Below, in pieces: positions 38,368 to 64,000 of a DNA stretch of 64,000 nt. Within the stretch, counting starts at the first letter, position 1. The number at the start of each line of letters is the position of its first letter. Under the pieces are notes generated by a model that was not told the origin of the DNA, ran no database searches, and was given only the letters and a program-made list of their open reading frames with translations. A program made the position numbers and the translations under genes. This stretch comes from the human T2T-CHM13v2.0 reference genome, Homo sapiens: NCBI RefSeq assembly GCF_009914755.1, contig NC_060946.1; one strand, given 5' to 3'.

Positions 38368-41300
38368 AAAATAGTTGCTCTTCTGGAGAGATGGCTGTGG
38401 GATTCATGTGTCATAGTTATCTCTTCTTAAACATCAGTGTTTGACTTTCTATCCCTTGTCCTGAGACCTCTGAGGGTAGCCCCTGTTTTAGCAGAATCTA
38501 CTTCTAATACTTTCCTAAGAAGGCTTTCCCAAGAAGTTCATTCAACAAATAACCGAGTGCCTTCTACAAGCACTCATTGTTCTGTTATCTCCGGTGCCAC
38601 AGAATTCACAGTTAAAATCATGACTAACATTTTAAGTCGTCACCTGATATGTATTTTTAATCTTTAATAAATAGAAGCATTAATTAAATACACTGTGACA
38701 TTCGGGAACTCTTTTTTATTCCTAAGGTACATCTTTTTTCTTGCCATTACTTAACCTCTTTTCTTCCTGTTTTGTTCTCAGCTCTCCTTTACAGCCATGA
38801 GTTACTAGTGCCCGGTGCCACCACGAAGAGGGGGTATCTGTAGGAGTAAGATGATGAATAGCAGTGGTAAGGGGAGAGCGAGGAGAAGGGAGGGGGCTCT
38901 GAGGAGGCTAAAGGGCAAACTTTTATTCTTGAAAATACACAAATATCCCAAGTCCTGGGTGTGTGGAACGTCCTTATTACTGCTGGGGATGTTGCTTGTC
39001 TGTGGGAATTGGGAATTTCACACCTAGCTCTGAATTTCTAGGAAGCCCGAACAAAAGAGAAATAGAAATAGAGAAATCACATACTTCCCACCAGAGAGGA
39101 GACACCATCCATACCAGAGGAGACTCGTATGGGGGGTGGTGAGGATAAGGCCGATCCATCTTCCCCACCTCATACTCTGCCTCCTGCAGTGTGGCCTCCC
39201 TGAGGGCGCCCTGGCAAGGGAGGGTGTGGGACCCTCATCAGTATGGCTCTTACAAATTCCCAGAAGCTGCTGTAGCAGCTCAAAGAGGGGCAGGCTCTTC
39301 CAGGTCTGTTCCTTGCCAGATGCCCTCTCCCAGCCTGGGGTTAACCCTAAGCAGGCATTGATCTGCACTTTGCTCAGAGTCACTGGTGACCTCCCGGGTA
39401 GCCAAGAGCTTCCCCCTTCTCCGTGAGCCCTCTGAGACTGCAGGTCCCAGACGGTTGTAAATTCTGCCTGGTGGAAATTGCCAAGGCTCCAAAGCAGGCA
39501 CCTGCTGCCCTCAGGAGCCTCTGTGCAGGGCCATTCTTCTCCCTGCAAGCAGCACTTCTCGGAGACCTTTCTGGTTTTCCTCTTCAGCTTTGTTTGGCAG
39601 TGGTTTGGTGTTGGTTTGGAGATGGTGGTGTGTTGGGAATTATGCTTCACACAGATGGACATGTTTGTTAGCGGGAGGAATGATGGTGCAGATATTCATT
39701 CCGGGCTTACCCCAAACTAGGTAACCCTTTATGACATTGTTTAGAGATGATTTGCTGAACAGTTTCATAATGCCTTCTGATGTTTCAGTACAAAAAATAG
39801 CTTGCTGAACAATGTTACAATCTGTCTTCTGATATTTCATTACAAAGAAGCAAGAGCACATTCTGAGCACCCTGCCCAGTGCTTTCACCTTGTCTCTGTT
39901 GGAGCAGGTGATTGGTTCCAGCTCTGCGTTTTGGCACCTCTGTGGCTGGGCATCCCTCTGAACTGTGCACTTCTAGAAGGGAGCAACAAGATAGAGAACT
40001 AATATGCCTCTAGGCCTGAGTTCATTTTGGAAAAATCTTTGTAGATTTCTTGCCCAATCCTCTTATTTTAAAGGTGAATTGTCCTAGAGGGAAGAAAAAG
40101 ACCATGGTGACCTGGGTGGGTAAAGGGTGGAAGTAGTACTGGAAAACGCCCCTAACAGGAGATGAGAAAGAGACTCTGGTGCACGTCATCTTTGTTTTAA
40201 TTAAAACGTTATGCAATACAAACATTCGCCTTCCCACTCTTCCCCCTACCACAGAGGAGCTGTAATTTCCCATATTTGGAATTTGGGGAGAGCTGGGCCT
40301 CATTTGAAGATAAGGCCAGATTCAGTCTCTGATTTGGGGGGAAGTAAGTAATTGAGAGAGCCTTGAGGACTGTGGTATTTATGGTGAATATATCAGAACT
40401 ATGTGTGTCTCCTTGTCATCATTTATTCAACACCTCTGATGTCCTAGAGCTGGTGCTATGCCCATCAGTATCTGACTCTTGTTTTCTTCTGCATATTTTC
40501 CCTTTTGCAAATGTATAGGCATTCAGCTTTAATCAGGTAGGCTTTTTACTCTGTGATCTGCAACGGGGATGACTGAAGTCATGTGGAGGATTTTAAGTAA
40601 CTAATCTCTTAAGACATTCAGAGCATAATCTTCCCTAGCCCGTGATCATCCTGCCTGCATCCGAGAGATTTGTGAGGCTCTGCAAAGGAGGCTGGATGTG
40701 GACTTTGGCATCCTTTGGAGAGACTGGGTGTCTTCCTTGCTGGTGACAGGTTTTTGTTTGCTTTTGGCATGGGAACAGGACCTGCTGTTCATTTACCATG
40801 TCAAGAGAGTTCAAGATGCCCCATGAATGTGACCAGTGTGTTACTAAATCTCCGTACTGGTACAGAGAACAATGGCAGGCCAAACACACATGAAGACCCT
40901 GTCTAGGCTCATTGATGTTTATGCAGTTTGTGTCCAGGGCTGGTTCTCAGGGAGAAAAATAGATAAGATCTGCAAAATAGATAAGAGAGGACTGCTGGTC
41001 AGTGGTGTTCCCTGACATTTTTCCCTGAATGATACCAGGTTAATCAAAAGATAAGGATCTAAAATATTTTTGTGCTCTGCTTATAATTTGAATGTGACTT
41101 CATATGTGTGTCATCTGTTGGACTAAATTGGATTGCAGTTGCTCTTCAAATTGTCATTCCTTTATTTTCTATTTCTACCTACCTCCTGATGTTAGCTCAG
41201 GTTCCTGCTACCAAGGTGTCTTGCAAAAAAATTTGGTGACTATTACTCTAAGTGAAGCCTTTGATACTTTCTCTTAATACAATGGTTAAACCTCTAACAA

Positions 41301-43199
41301 CGTAGACTAATGAGGAAGATTAGTTTGAATTAGTAAAATGTCTGAATTACCAAATATTTTTCAAGAACTTCACTGTTATTACTTTTAAGTAAATACTGTA
41401 ACTCAAACTAGGCTAATAGAATGCCTAATAAAGATCCTTAGGGGATCCTGCTTTAGGAGAGAAATCAGAATGATTTGCAATTAGTGCACCAATTGTTTAT
41501 GTAAATGGAATTTCTGAAATACTAGACTGAGCTTGAAAACCGTTTGTTCCCTTAAGTATTTTAAATAGTCCCTACGAAACCCCTGTGCATGCTGGTAGTT
41601 GTTTATATGCTGTATAGAGACCTGTTTCACGAAGACATAACTCAACCTTATATCATCAGTATCAGAAATTCCAAGTTAGTGATGGCCAGGATCCTCACCT
41701 TCCAAGATTAGATTAGATCTCTCTGCCAAATGCTTCCATAGCACATGCAATTGTCTGTTGTAACACTAATCAATACATTTAACAAATATATGATGTATTC
41801 TGCTATATGCTTTGCCAGTGTGTGAAATGGAGGAGACATAACCCTCATCTTTGTGTAGTTTATAGGCTAGCAAAGAAGTCAGGCAGTAAACAAATAAATG
41901 CATTTATAATTAATTACAATCCTGAAGTTAGATTGTACTTTTGTAAGTAATGGTTTAATCAACTAGATTTTAAGTTCCATTAAGATAGGGGTTACTTCTG
42001 TGTTGTTTGTCATGGTGTCCCAAATCCTTCCTTAGCCTACTGCCTGGCATAGAGTAAATATAAAGTTGAGCTTTATTGCCATTTTGATAGGTCAGAAGCA
42101 GTCGAATGTCAATAATGTCACATAGTTCAACCTAATAGTTGCTCAGTCAATATGTATTGAATGTTGAATGCATGTTGTAATCAGTGATCCTATGGTAGGC
42201 TGCATTTCACACAGTTTTCTCTAGCCAAAGAAATGCTAGCTATGGTTTTGAAAAGGAATTCTAAAACTTCAAACAGCTAAAACTGGTGATATAGACTGTG
42301 GGACTGGAGATCTGTGAGACTGGAGTGCCTTTTGTCCAGTATATTTTCTATGCAGTTCTTGGTACATTTCCCAGCCTCAGGTGGGAGCATGTGTATTTGG
42401 GTCTGGAGTGCTTGTCAGTAGCCCAAAGAACCTGGGAAGAGTATGCTGGAAAGCTAAGATGGAAGGCAGGGATAGGAGCTGTTTGGCCTGAAGAAGAAAG
42501 TGGCAGGAAAGATATTGGCATAGCCAAAGAAGCCTTCCCTTTAAGTCCTAGTGTAGGGAGACTTACTTTTCCAGACCAGAGCTCATGAGATCATGCACTC
42601 ATTCCACAGATTTGTGTGAGTCTGTGATGCGCTCAGTTATGGCTAGGCATGGGCGTTCCTTATTGTGAGCTTCCTTTTTGTGCCTGGAACTTCTGTCTGA
42701 AGGGTTGTGGGCTGGACTGTAGACCACTGGTCCTCAGAGGCAAGGGTTGAACTGAGGAGAAAGCCCCAGCTGGATCCTGCTGGGAGAAGCCCAGCACTCT
42801 GGCCTGGGGCCTGCTCCCTATCTGTGGAACTGGGAGTAGGGCCCAGGCTAGGGCTTAGATCAGAGCTTCCCAAACCTTCTGTGTTAAGAACGTTTTTGCA
42901 TCTGTTTGGATTTCATGGCTGTTTTTCCATTTTCCGTGCACACATGTCCAATTGTACCACCCTATTATAATGCACACTCTTTTCTCACACCCACAGGATA
43001 ATTTGTAGTTCCACAGCTATTTGTTGAGCATCCTCATCTGCCAGCACAGGATGGGGGTGGCAAGTGAGGGGAAACACAGATATGTGGTATTGGTCCCTGC
43101 CTGTGGTAGACGTGATTGGTTACCTACAGTGGCTCTTCTTTTCTCTTCCTGCTGGCAGGACCCAGTTGGGTTGGATGCCACACCTCTCCCACACGCCAC

Positions 43200-43570
43200 T
43201 CAAGGAAAGGTGACCCTGCCTCCAGCTCTAGGGTATGTGCTGATTGAGCTGAGCCCATCCTGGAGGCCCGTAGTTTAGACATGGTTTTGGCCACTGAGGT
43301 ATGAGAAGTCTGCTGGGAGATGCTGGGAAAGATGTTTTTCCTTGTAAAAGGAAATGCAGAAGGGACAGCTTCTTTCACTAGATTCTCGGACGTGAAGCAG
43401 CCATCTTGTTGCAATGAGGAAAGCAGGTTTGTTGAGGCCAGCAGACGGGAAGAGATGGGAAAAACCCTGAGGGCCAAGCCCCTGAAGACTGAAGCGTCCA
43501 ATCTCCATACATTTTGTCCTCACTGTTGAAGCCAGTTGAGTGGGAATTTTCTACTACTTATAGTCGAAGG
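43200..43570. mobile_element. Possible old MaLR (MLT1) LTR fragment
   Basis: 'cagccatcttgttgcaatgagg...gaagccagttgagtgggaattttctactacttatag'. Confidence 0.4.
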
Positions 43571-45465
43571 CAACCTATATTAGACACTCCCTCAAAGGAG
43601 CATGAAATAGGATTTCTTCTTGTACCATTCAGATTATCATCAAAAAGCACATTATTCAGAGACAGAGCTTAGCTTTGTGGTAAGGCAGAAAGGAGAGGGG
43701 AAAGCAAGTTGGTAGGAAAGAGTTGAGTGAGGAGATTGTATTTTAAATGGGTCCTGAGGGAGGATTAGGATTTGTGTGGGAGGAGCAGAAGGGCGTTCTG
43801 GGGAAAGGAATGGTGGCATGAGCAAACCTGTGAAGACAGGTATGGATGTGGCACTGCCGAAAAACAGGGAGATTATGTCCTGACTAATTCCGTGGACAGA
43901 TTCTAGAGCACCTCAAATTGTGAGTTTATATGGTGACACGTGACTTATGCAGCGGGAAAAGTATTGCAGGCTCATGAATGGGGGAGAAAGGAATGAAAGT
44001 GGGCCTTGGGAAGAAGGATAAGGATTAAGTAGCTGGGTACCAGGTTCTTTGGAAGGGGAAAAAAGTAAAAGGCCAGTGACAAGCTCAAGCTACTGAAATA
44101 ACTCACATTTGAGTTGATAGCAGTGCGGGGAGGGAGTGAAGCTGTCAAAGGAAGATTGTAATAAATTAACTGGCAAAGAAGGGTAAGATGGATATCTAGG
44201 AGAGGAAGATGGAAGAGGAAGATTTTAGGAAGATGCTGTTTGCTTTTTGCCACTATGGCTTTGAGGTAATGAGGAAAGATCTAAGTAATGAGGCGTTGAA
44301 TTCATTTGAAAATAGGGCTAGACTTTGGGAATGAGAGGCCAAGGGTTAAGAGGATGTGGTAGAGGCAACTCACTAGGCATGCACATACTCCAGATTTTCC
44401 AGCCTCCCTCACAGTTCAGTTGGGGCCATGTGACTAGTGTTAGTCAATGAAGTGGGAGAGGAAGGAACCAGGGAAGAGCCATGTATTCCTCCATTGATTC
44501 CTCCCATGCCACAGCAGCCTTGGGCTAGGGCCAGAAAGTGTGGCTGCCAAGACGGGGAGGGCTGTCCTTCCAGGACCAGACTTTGACGGTTGTTGCTCAG
44601 CTGGGAAATGCTGGTAGAAGCGAGATCTGAAGCTGTAATGGGTGGCAGTGCTGACAGCTATTTGTGTTGGGTCTGGGTGGTATGTGGTCTTCAGGGTACA
44701 GTTGTCCACCTTCTCCTGACTTGATTTGCTCAGGGGTCTGCATTCAATGGGCTGGAGCTTGCTGGCCAACTCATTCTACCTCTAGGACTCTCAGTGTTTC
44801 TGGGGGCAGGTTTACATCTTGGCTGTCCAGGGAAGGGGATCCTTGTTCATGAGCTGTGCTAGTGAGAAGGCTGCTCTCTCCACAGGCACCAGAATGCCAA
44901 GTGCCTTGCAGAGGAGAATGTTTGGGTGGCTGGTGTCCAGTGGTGACCAGGTGGAGCGTCTCAATTATCTGGCTAAACATGGAGCTTCAGGAAGAAGTTC
45001 CAGATCTCCAGACTTGAATAAGAATAAGGTGCAAATCCCATCTTTCAAATCTTTCCCACTCTCAGAAGAGTCAAAATGTGCCTTTTCTGCAAGCAGTCCG
45101 GAGCTAGGCACTTTGCATACGCTTTGTTACGATGTTGCATCAATCTCGCCTGGCTGAATCACGGTGTTTTCCTAAGGGTAAAGGGCCCCGTGAGTGCTGG
45201 GAGGCCTTTGGCATCTGGTTTTCGTCAGGCAGCAGGTAAAAGTGCAGATGGCGGGTCTGATCGTGCTTTAAAAAAAGCAGAGTTAGAAACGTGGGAAAGG
45301 CATTTGAGAGGCACCTCTTACTCTGTGTGTGATCTCCCGTGCTTCCTGTTTCCTTCTGTAACCAAACACCTCAACTCCTAATACCCAGAGGAAAACCCTT
45401 CAGACTTGGGAGACAGCCGGCATTGCTGGCACTGGCCTCTCTGGAGCTTTTCTCGGTAAGTTTGA

Positions 45466-45945
<480 letters not shown>

Positions 45946-46084
45946 TGATAGGCCTAAAAGGTCTAAGCTTAATCCCAGGAAAAGTGCTACCCGAATGGTC
46001 TGTCAGTCAGCCTTTTGTTTGTTTGTCTCGTTCCGGTCATCCTTGCCTCTGTCCACCCAGACAACATTCAATCAACATTTGTTA

Positions 46085-46260
46085 TGGAGCCAGCAGTATG
46101 ATTTTGCAAGTTACTTTTCTAAACTCTCATTTCCTCATCTGTAAAATAATAGGAGATACTCATTAGGGTGATTCTAAGAGTTAAATGGAAACATCTGAGG
46201 AAAGCACTTAGCATCGGTCTGGCACATAGTAAGTGCTCAGTAAATGATGGTTGTCATTAT
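46085..46260 (+). mobile_element. MIR
   Basis: 'tttcctcatctgtaaaat...ctggcacatagtaagtgctcagtaaatg'. Confidence 0.8.
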
Positions 46261-46759
46261 TGTTGAGCAGAGCCAGGGGTTGCCACCCCGGTCAGCTGAT
46301 TGGCTGTAGACATGGTGTGACCATATGGAGCTGGGATTTGGGCCACACTCAGCACATAGTTGTGATCCATAAATGCACAACCTTTGGACCCCATTGTCAC
46401 CTCCCTTGGAATATCTTGGTGTTCTTGTTTCAGTCTGATAAGGCCATTGTAGCTGGGTTCTAGGTATCTCTGAGCATGGAGCACTCACGCCAGCCTCAGA
46501 CATCGCTGTCAAGGGCATCAGCAGCAGTGAGGTGATTCCTCAGCCGGTCATTTGGGCATCGCTGCCTGGGTCTCTCCTGAGCTTCAGCTCATCTTTTTTG
46601 TCACCTGCCATACCTTTGCCTCTAAGTGTCCCCCAGTTTTTATTGCTGCCCTCTCCATCCGCACCAGTGCCTCTCTCTGCCAGTTCCACTGTTCTCTCGC
46701 CTGCTCTTTAGGATTTCCTTTGTTTTGCCTCCTTGCCTGGTGCTTTCAGCGAGCAGCGC

Positions 46760-46880
46760 TGACGTCATCTCAGGAACCGTGCTGCGTCTGAGGGAAGAAC
46801 CTGCAATAACTTTAAATAACTTTAAACCTGCAAATGCTTCTTTGCAGGTTTAAAAGGATGACTATAAACTATGACGTCAT
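46760..46880. promoter_or_regulatory. Pair of perfect CRE palindromes with TATA-like elements between them
   Basis: TGACGTCA at 46760-46767 and 46872-46879; TATAAA at 46863-46868. Confidence 0.5.
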
Positions 46881-47049
46881 GCCTAGATTCATTCTTGACC
46901 CAACCAACAAGCTCTTGACATTCTCTGAGTCCAGGTTGACTGTGATGAAAGGCAGCTAGTGTTCCCAAATGGCCCAGGGATCAGGTCTTCATCGCTCCAC
47001 TCAGAGGGAAGCATCCTCTCTCTGCTTTTTAAATAGACTTTTGACTGGG

Positions 47050-47510
47050 GCTCCAGCAGCGCGGGGCGCGCAGACCTGGAGTTGCATGGAGGCCAGAGCC
47101 ACGACACCCGCCTGGGGAACGGAGCAGCCCCAGGCGCTGATCCCCGTCCACCTGCCCCACGGAGCCCTCGCCGCCCGCTTGCCACTGCCTGCATGGCCCT
47201 CCTGTCCCCGGCCCCCCAGCCCTCCTTTCCCCAGCTCCCCCACCCTCCTGTCCCCGGCACCCCAGCTTCCCAGCCCCCGAAACCGCCCCCCCACCTCGAC
47301 CCGGCCCATGCGGCAAGTCGCCCGCTGCGCGGACCCGGCCTCCGCCCGCCTCCTGCGTCCTGGGGGAGGCGGCTGCCGGGGGTGGTGGGGGAGGGGGAGG
47401 GGGAAGAGGCCGCCCTCCGCCCGGGTGCGGGGAGGGGGCGCAGGGGTGTCCGGCCAGGCCCCCCGCCTCCCCGCCTCCCCGCAGCAGCTGCCCCGCGCCC
47501 GGGCCGCCTA
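47050..47510. promoter_or_regulatory. CpG island fragment with GC boxes and G-runs
   Basis: Very high GC and CpG content, several CCGCCC sites, G4-capable 'ggggtggtgggggagggggaggggg'; ends abruptly at ~47510. Confidence 0.7.
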
Positions 47511-55520
<8,010 letters not shown>

Positions 55521-55529
55521 TTCTATACC

Positions 55530-57850
<2,321 letters not shown>

Positions 57851-57909
57851 GAAAGAATATACAAATACTTTTAAAATTACTAGACAATAAACCTGAGATG
57901 ACACTAATA

Positions 57910-59750
<1,841 letters not shown>

Positions 59751-59821
59751 CAGTGCAAGGGTTAGGGGACCAGCTCCTGTGCAGTTGAAAATCCATATAT
59801 AATTCTGGGCTATCCCCAAAC

Positions 59822-61690
59822 TTAATATATGATATATATCATATATAATATATATGATATATATCGTATATATTACTTAAGACATATATCGTATATAATA
59901 TATACGATATATATCATATATAATATATATGATATATATTATACACAATATGTATGATATATATTATACACAATATGTATGATATATATTATACACAATA
60001 TGTATGATATATATTATACACAATAAGTATGATATATATTATATACAATAAGTATGATGTATATTATATACAATATGTATGATGTATATTATATACAATA
60101 TATGATGTATATTATATACTATATGATATAGATTCTATACAATATATATGATAGAGATTATATAAAATATATATGATAGAGATTATATACAATATATATG
60201 ATACAGATTATATACAATACATATGATACAGATTATAAACAATATATATGATACAGATTATATACAATATATATGATACATTAGATACAATATATATGAT
60301 ATAGATTATATACAATATATGATATAGATTATATAAAATATATATGATATAGATTATATACAATATAAATGATATAGATTATATAGTATATATGATATAC
60401 ATGATATATCATATATGATATACATGGTATATCATATATATGATATATACGGTATATCGTATATATGACATATACGGTATATTGTATATATGATATAGAT
60501 GATATATCATACCTGATATAGATGATAAATCATATATGATATAGATGATAAATCATATATGGTATAGATGATATATATCATATATGATATAGATGATATA
60601 TATCATATATGATATATCATATATTATATAATAAATGATATATATTATATATAATAAAAGATATATATTACATAATAAATGATATATATTATGTAAAATA
60701 TATGATATATATTATATATTATATCTGATATATATTATATATTGTATATTATATATTTTATCTGATATATATTATATATTATATCTGATATATTATATAT
60801 TATATATTATATTATATATAATTATATTATATTATATATTATATATAATTTATGATATATATTATGTATTATATATAATTTATGATATATATTATATATT
60901 ATATATCATATATCATATATATTATGGTATATTATATATAATTACATTAAATATTATATTATATATAATATACAATAATATATCATATATTATATAATAT
61001 ATAATATAATATAATATAATATAATCATATATAATATATAATATATTATATTATAAAATATATTATACTATGATATACTATATATTACATATTACATTAT
61101 ACAATATTTTATATAATATATAATATATATTATATATTATACTTTATTATATTACATATATAATTATACATTATTACATTTCATATATAATTATATAATT
61201 ATATATAATATTATATATAATATTATATATAATATTATGTATAATAATATATATTATACATAATATTATATATTATATTATATATAATATTATGTATAAT
61301 AATGTATTATTATACATAATATTATATATTATATTAAATATAATATTATATATTATATTTAATATAATATTATATATTATATTTAATATAATATTATATA
61401 TTATATTAAATATAATATTATATATTATATTAAATATAATATTATATATTATATTTAATATAATATTATATATTATATTTAATATAATATTATATATTAT
61501 ATTTAATATAATATTATATATTATATTTAATATAATATTATATTAAATATAATATATAATATTATATTTAATATAATATATAATATTATATTAAATATAA
61601 TATTATATATAAGGATGCAGGATGTAAAAGGAAATTATATATATGTTATATATTATATATATATAATTATATATAATTATATATATATAT
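59822..61690. repeat. Long AT-rich compound minisatellite
   Basis: Almost purely A/T; ~25-bp units (tatgatatatattatacacaatatg and variants), ~23-bp units, and 24-bp units (aatataatattatatattatattt) at 61320-61550. Confidence 0.95.
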
Positions 61691-64000
61691 TTGGGGGTGC
61701 CCTATTTCCTATCTCATAACTTATTTTAAGAAGCACAGCATAATAATGTGTGGACTTGGGATTCAGTTTTTGAAACGAAACACTGAGCCTTCGATGACCT
61801 TCCTGTACCTGTGAAAGCACACCTGTCTGCATGGCAGCAGTTGGACCTCACAGTGTGGATTGTGCCTTCACCCTGGAATGTTTATGCCCTATTGCCATGG
61901 TGATGGGATTAGGGATCTGCTGCCCTTGGTCCTAAGTGCCACTATCTGTGCTGAGTTTTTCAAAGGTCAGAGCAGATTGAACCTTTGTGGTTTCATTTTC
62001 CCTGATTTTGATTTTTCTTATGGGGAACCTGTGTGGCTGCATTCAAGGTATGTTCATACTGGCCTGTCAAATGCGATCTTTTCAAATTAGTAGTTAATGC
62101 TTTCAAAATATGTTATTTAAAAAATTAGCCTCTGTATTTTCCATATGCAGTTATAAATATGTTTCAAGATTATGTTTTATTCCTCAATTTATATATTTGA
62201 TTATTGTACCAAGCAGAGTATCTTTGAAATTTTTCTTCATTTAAAAAATATGTATCTTGACTCAGGCCTGTAATCCCAGCACTTTGGGAGGCCAAGGCAA
62301 GAGGATCACAAGGTGAGGAGATCAAGACCATCCTGGCCAATACAGTGAAACCCTGTCTCTACTACAAATACAAAAAATTAGCCAGGCATGGTGGCAGCTG
62401 GTGTAGTCCCAGTGTGAATTGGGATTCAGTTTATTCCCAAATTCCCAAATTATATATATATAAAATATATATATAATATATTAAATATATTATATATATA
62501 ATATATATTATATTATATATAATTTTATGTATATATATATTTGTGGGTTCCCTATTTCCCATCTCATAACTTATTTTAAGAAGCCAGCATAATAATGTGT
62601 AGGCTTGGGATTCAGTTTTTGAAACAAAACACTGAGCCTTTGATGACCTTCCTGTACTTGTAAAAGCCCACCTGTCTGCATGGCAGCAGTTGGACCTCAC
62701 AGTGTGGATTGTGCCTTCACCCTGGAATGTTTATGCCCTATCACCATGGTGATGGGATTAGGGATCTCCTGCCCTTGGTCCTAAGTGCCACTATCTGTGC
62801 TGAGTTTTTCAAAGGTCAGAGCAGATTGAACCATTGTGGTTTCATTTTCCCTGATTTTGATTTTTCTTATGGGGAACCTGTGTGGCTGCATTCAAGGTAT
62901 GTTCATACTGGCCTGTCAAATGCGATCTTTTCAAATTACTAGTTAATGCTTTCAAAATATGTTATTTAAAAAATTAGCCTCTGTATTTTCCATATGCAGT
63001 TATAAATATTTTTCATGATTATGTTTTATTCCTCAATTTATATATTTGATTATTGTACCAAGCAGAGTATCTTTGAAATTTTTCTTCATTTAAAAAATAT
63101 GTATCTTGACTCAGGCCTGTAATCCCAGCACTTTGGGAGGCCAAGGCAAGAGGATCACAAGGTGAGGAGATCAAGACCATCCTGGCCAATACAGTGAAAC
63201 CCTGTCTCTACTACAAATACAAAAAATTAGCCAGGCATGGTGGCAGCTGGTGTAGTCCCAGTGTGAATTGGGATTCAGTTTATTCCCAAATTCCCAAATT
63301 ATATATATATACATATAAAATACATATATAATATATTAAATATATTATATATATAATATATATTATATGATATATAATTATATATATATATATTTGTGGG
63401 TGCCCTATTTCCTGTCTCATAACTTATTTTAAGAAGCCAGCATAATAATGTGTGGGCTTGGGATTCAGTTTTTGAAACAAAACACTGAGCCTTTGATGAC
63501 CTTCCTGTACTTGTAAAAGCCCACCTGTCTGCATGGCAGCAGTTGGACCTCACAGTGTGGATTGTGCCTTCACCCTGGAATGTTTATGCCCTATCGCCAT
63601 GGTGATGGGATTAGGGATCTTCTGCCCTTGGTCCTAAGTGCCACTATCTGTGCTGAGTTTTTCAAAGGTCAGAGCAGATTGAACCATTGTGGTTTCATTT
63701 TCCCTGATTTTGATTTTTCTTATGGGGAACCTGTGTGGCTGCATTCAAGGTATGTTCATACTGGCCTGTCAAATGCGATCTTTTCAAATTACTAGTTAAT
63801 GCTTTCAAAATATGTTATTTAAAAAATTAGCCTCTGTATTTTCCATATGCAGTTATAAATATGTTTCATGATTATGTTTTATTCCTCAATTTATATATTT
63901 GATTATTGTACCAAGCAGAGTATCTTTGAAATTTTTCTTCATTTAAAAAATATGTATCTTGACTCAGGCCTGTAATCCCAGCACTTTGGGAGGCCAAGGC
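61690..64000. repeat. Tandem HSATI (HSat1B-like) / Alu fragment / AT-rich units of ~850 bp, ~2.7 copies, continuing beyond the window
   Basis: Near-identical ORFs at 61860, 62709 and 63562 (periods 849 and 853). Each unit is ~570 bp of satellite, a ~150-bp truncated Alu (62261-62412) and a ~95-bp AT tract. This tripartite unit is known from LCR22/FAM230 regions and Yq12. Confidence 0.85.

Noticed and set aside
61292-63795. (NIILYIIF)n ORF and three near-identical MCLHPGMF ORFs
   Set aside because: Translations of the 24-bp minisatellite and of the satellite units.
59822-64000. CRISPR-like repeat/spacer appearance
   Set aside because: Eukaryotic tandem satellite with no unique spacers and no cas genes.

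Overview
Primate (very probably human) genomic DNA matching the 22q11.2 low-copy-repeat (LCR22) mosaic; gene order best fits the BCRP2-POM121L7P-E2F6P-FAM230B interval of LCR22-D, but the paralog cannot be proven from sequence alone. Layout: (1) 1-9.7 kb, AT-rich L1/Alu/MaLR debris. (2) ~9.7-17.1 kb (+), an unprocessed partial BCR duplicate (last five exons plus 3'UTR) whose spliced RhoGAP reading frame is still open. (3) 18.4-20.6 kb, Alu cluster. (4) 20.6-23.3 kb (-), a POM121-like gene built of in-frame 930-bp tandem units, behind a CpG-rich promoter with MYB/RFX-type motifs. (5) 23.9-26.2 kb, a duplicated cassette with tail-to-tail inverted Alus. (6) 36.1-38.4 kb (-), an E2F6 processed pseudogene with poly(A) and 15-bp TSDs. 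(7) 46.8-47.5 kb, two perfect CREs and an abruptly truncated CpG island. (8) 47.5-59.8 kb, old L1, LTR and nested DNA transposons. (9) 59.8-64 kb, a 1.9-kb AT-rich minisatellite followed by ~850-bp HSATI/Alu/AT-rich tandem units. No rRNA, tRNA or CRISPR features were seen. The best leads are the intact RhoGAP frame, the stop-punctuated POM121L repeat, and a putative germline promoter whose transcript would run antisense into the BCR 3'UTR copy. All are hypotheses. Parent-gene comparisons and repeat subfamily names come from memory, not from alignment.
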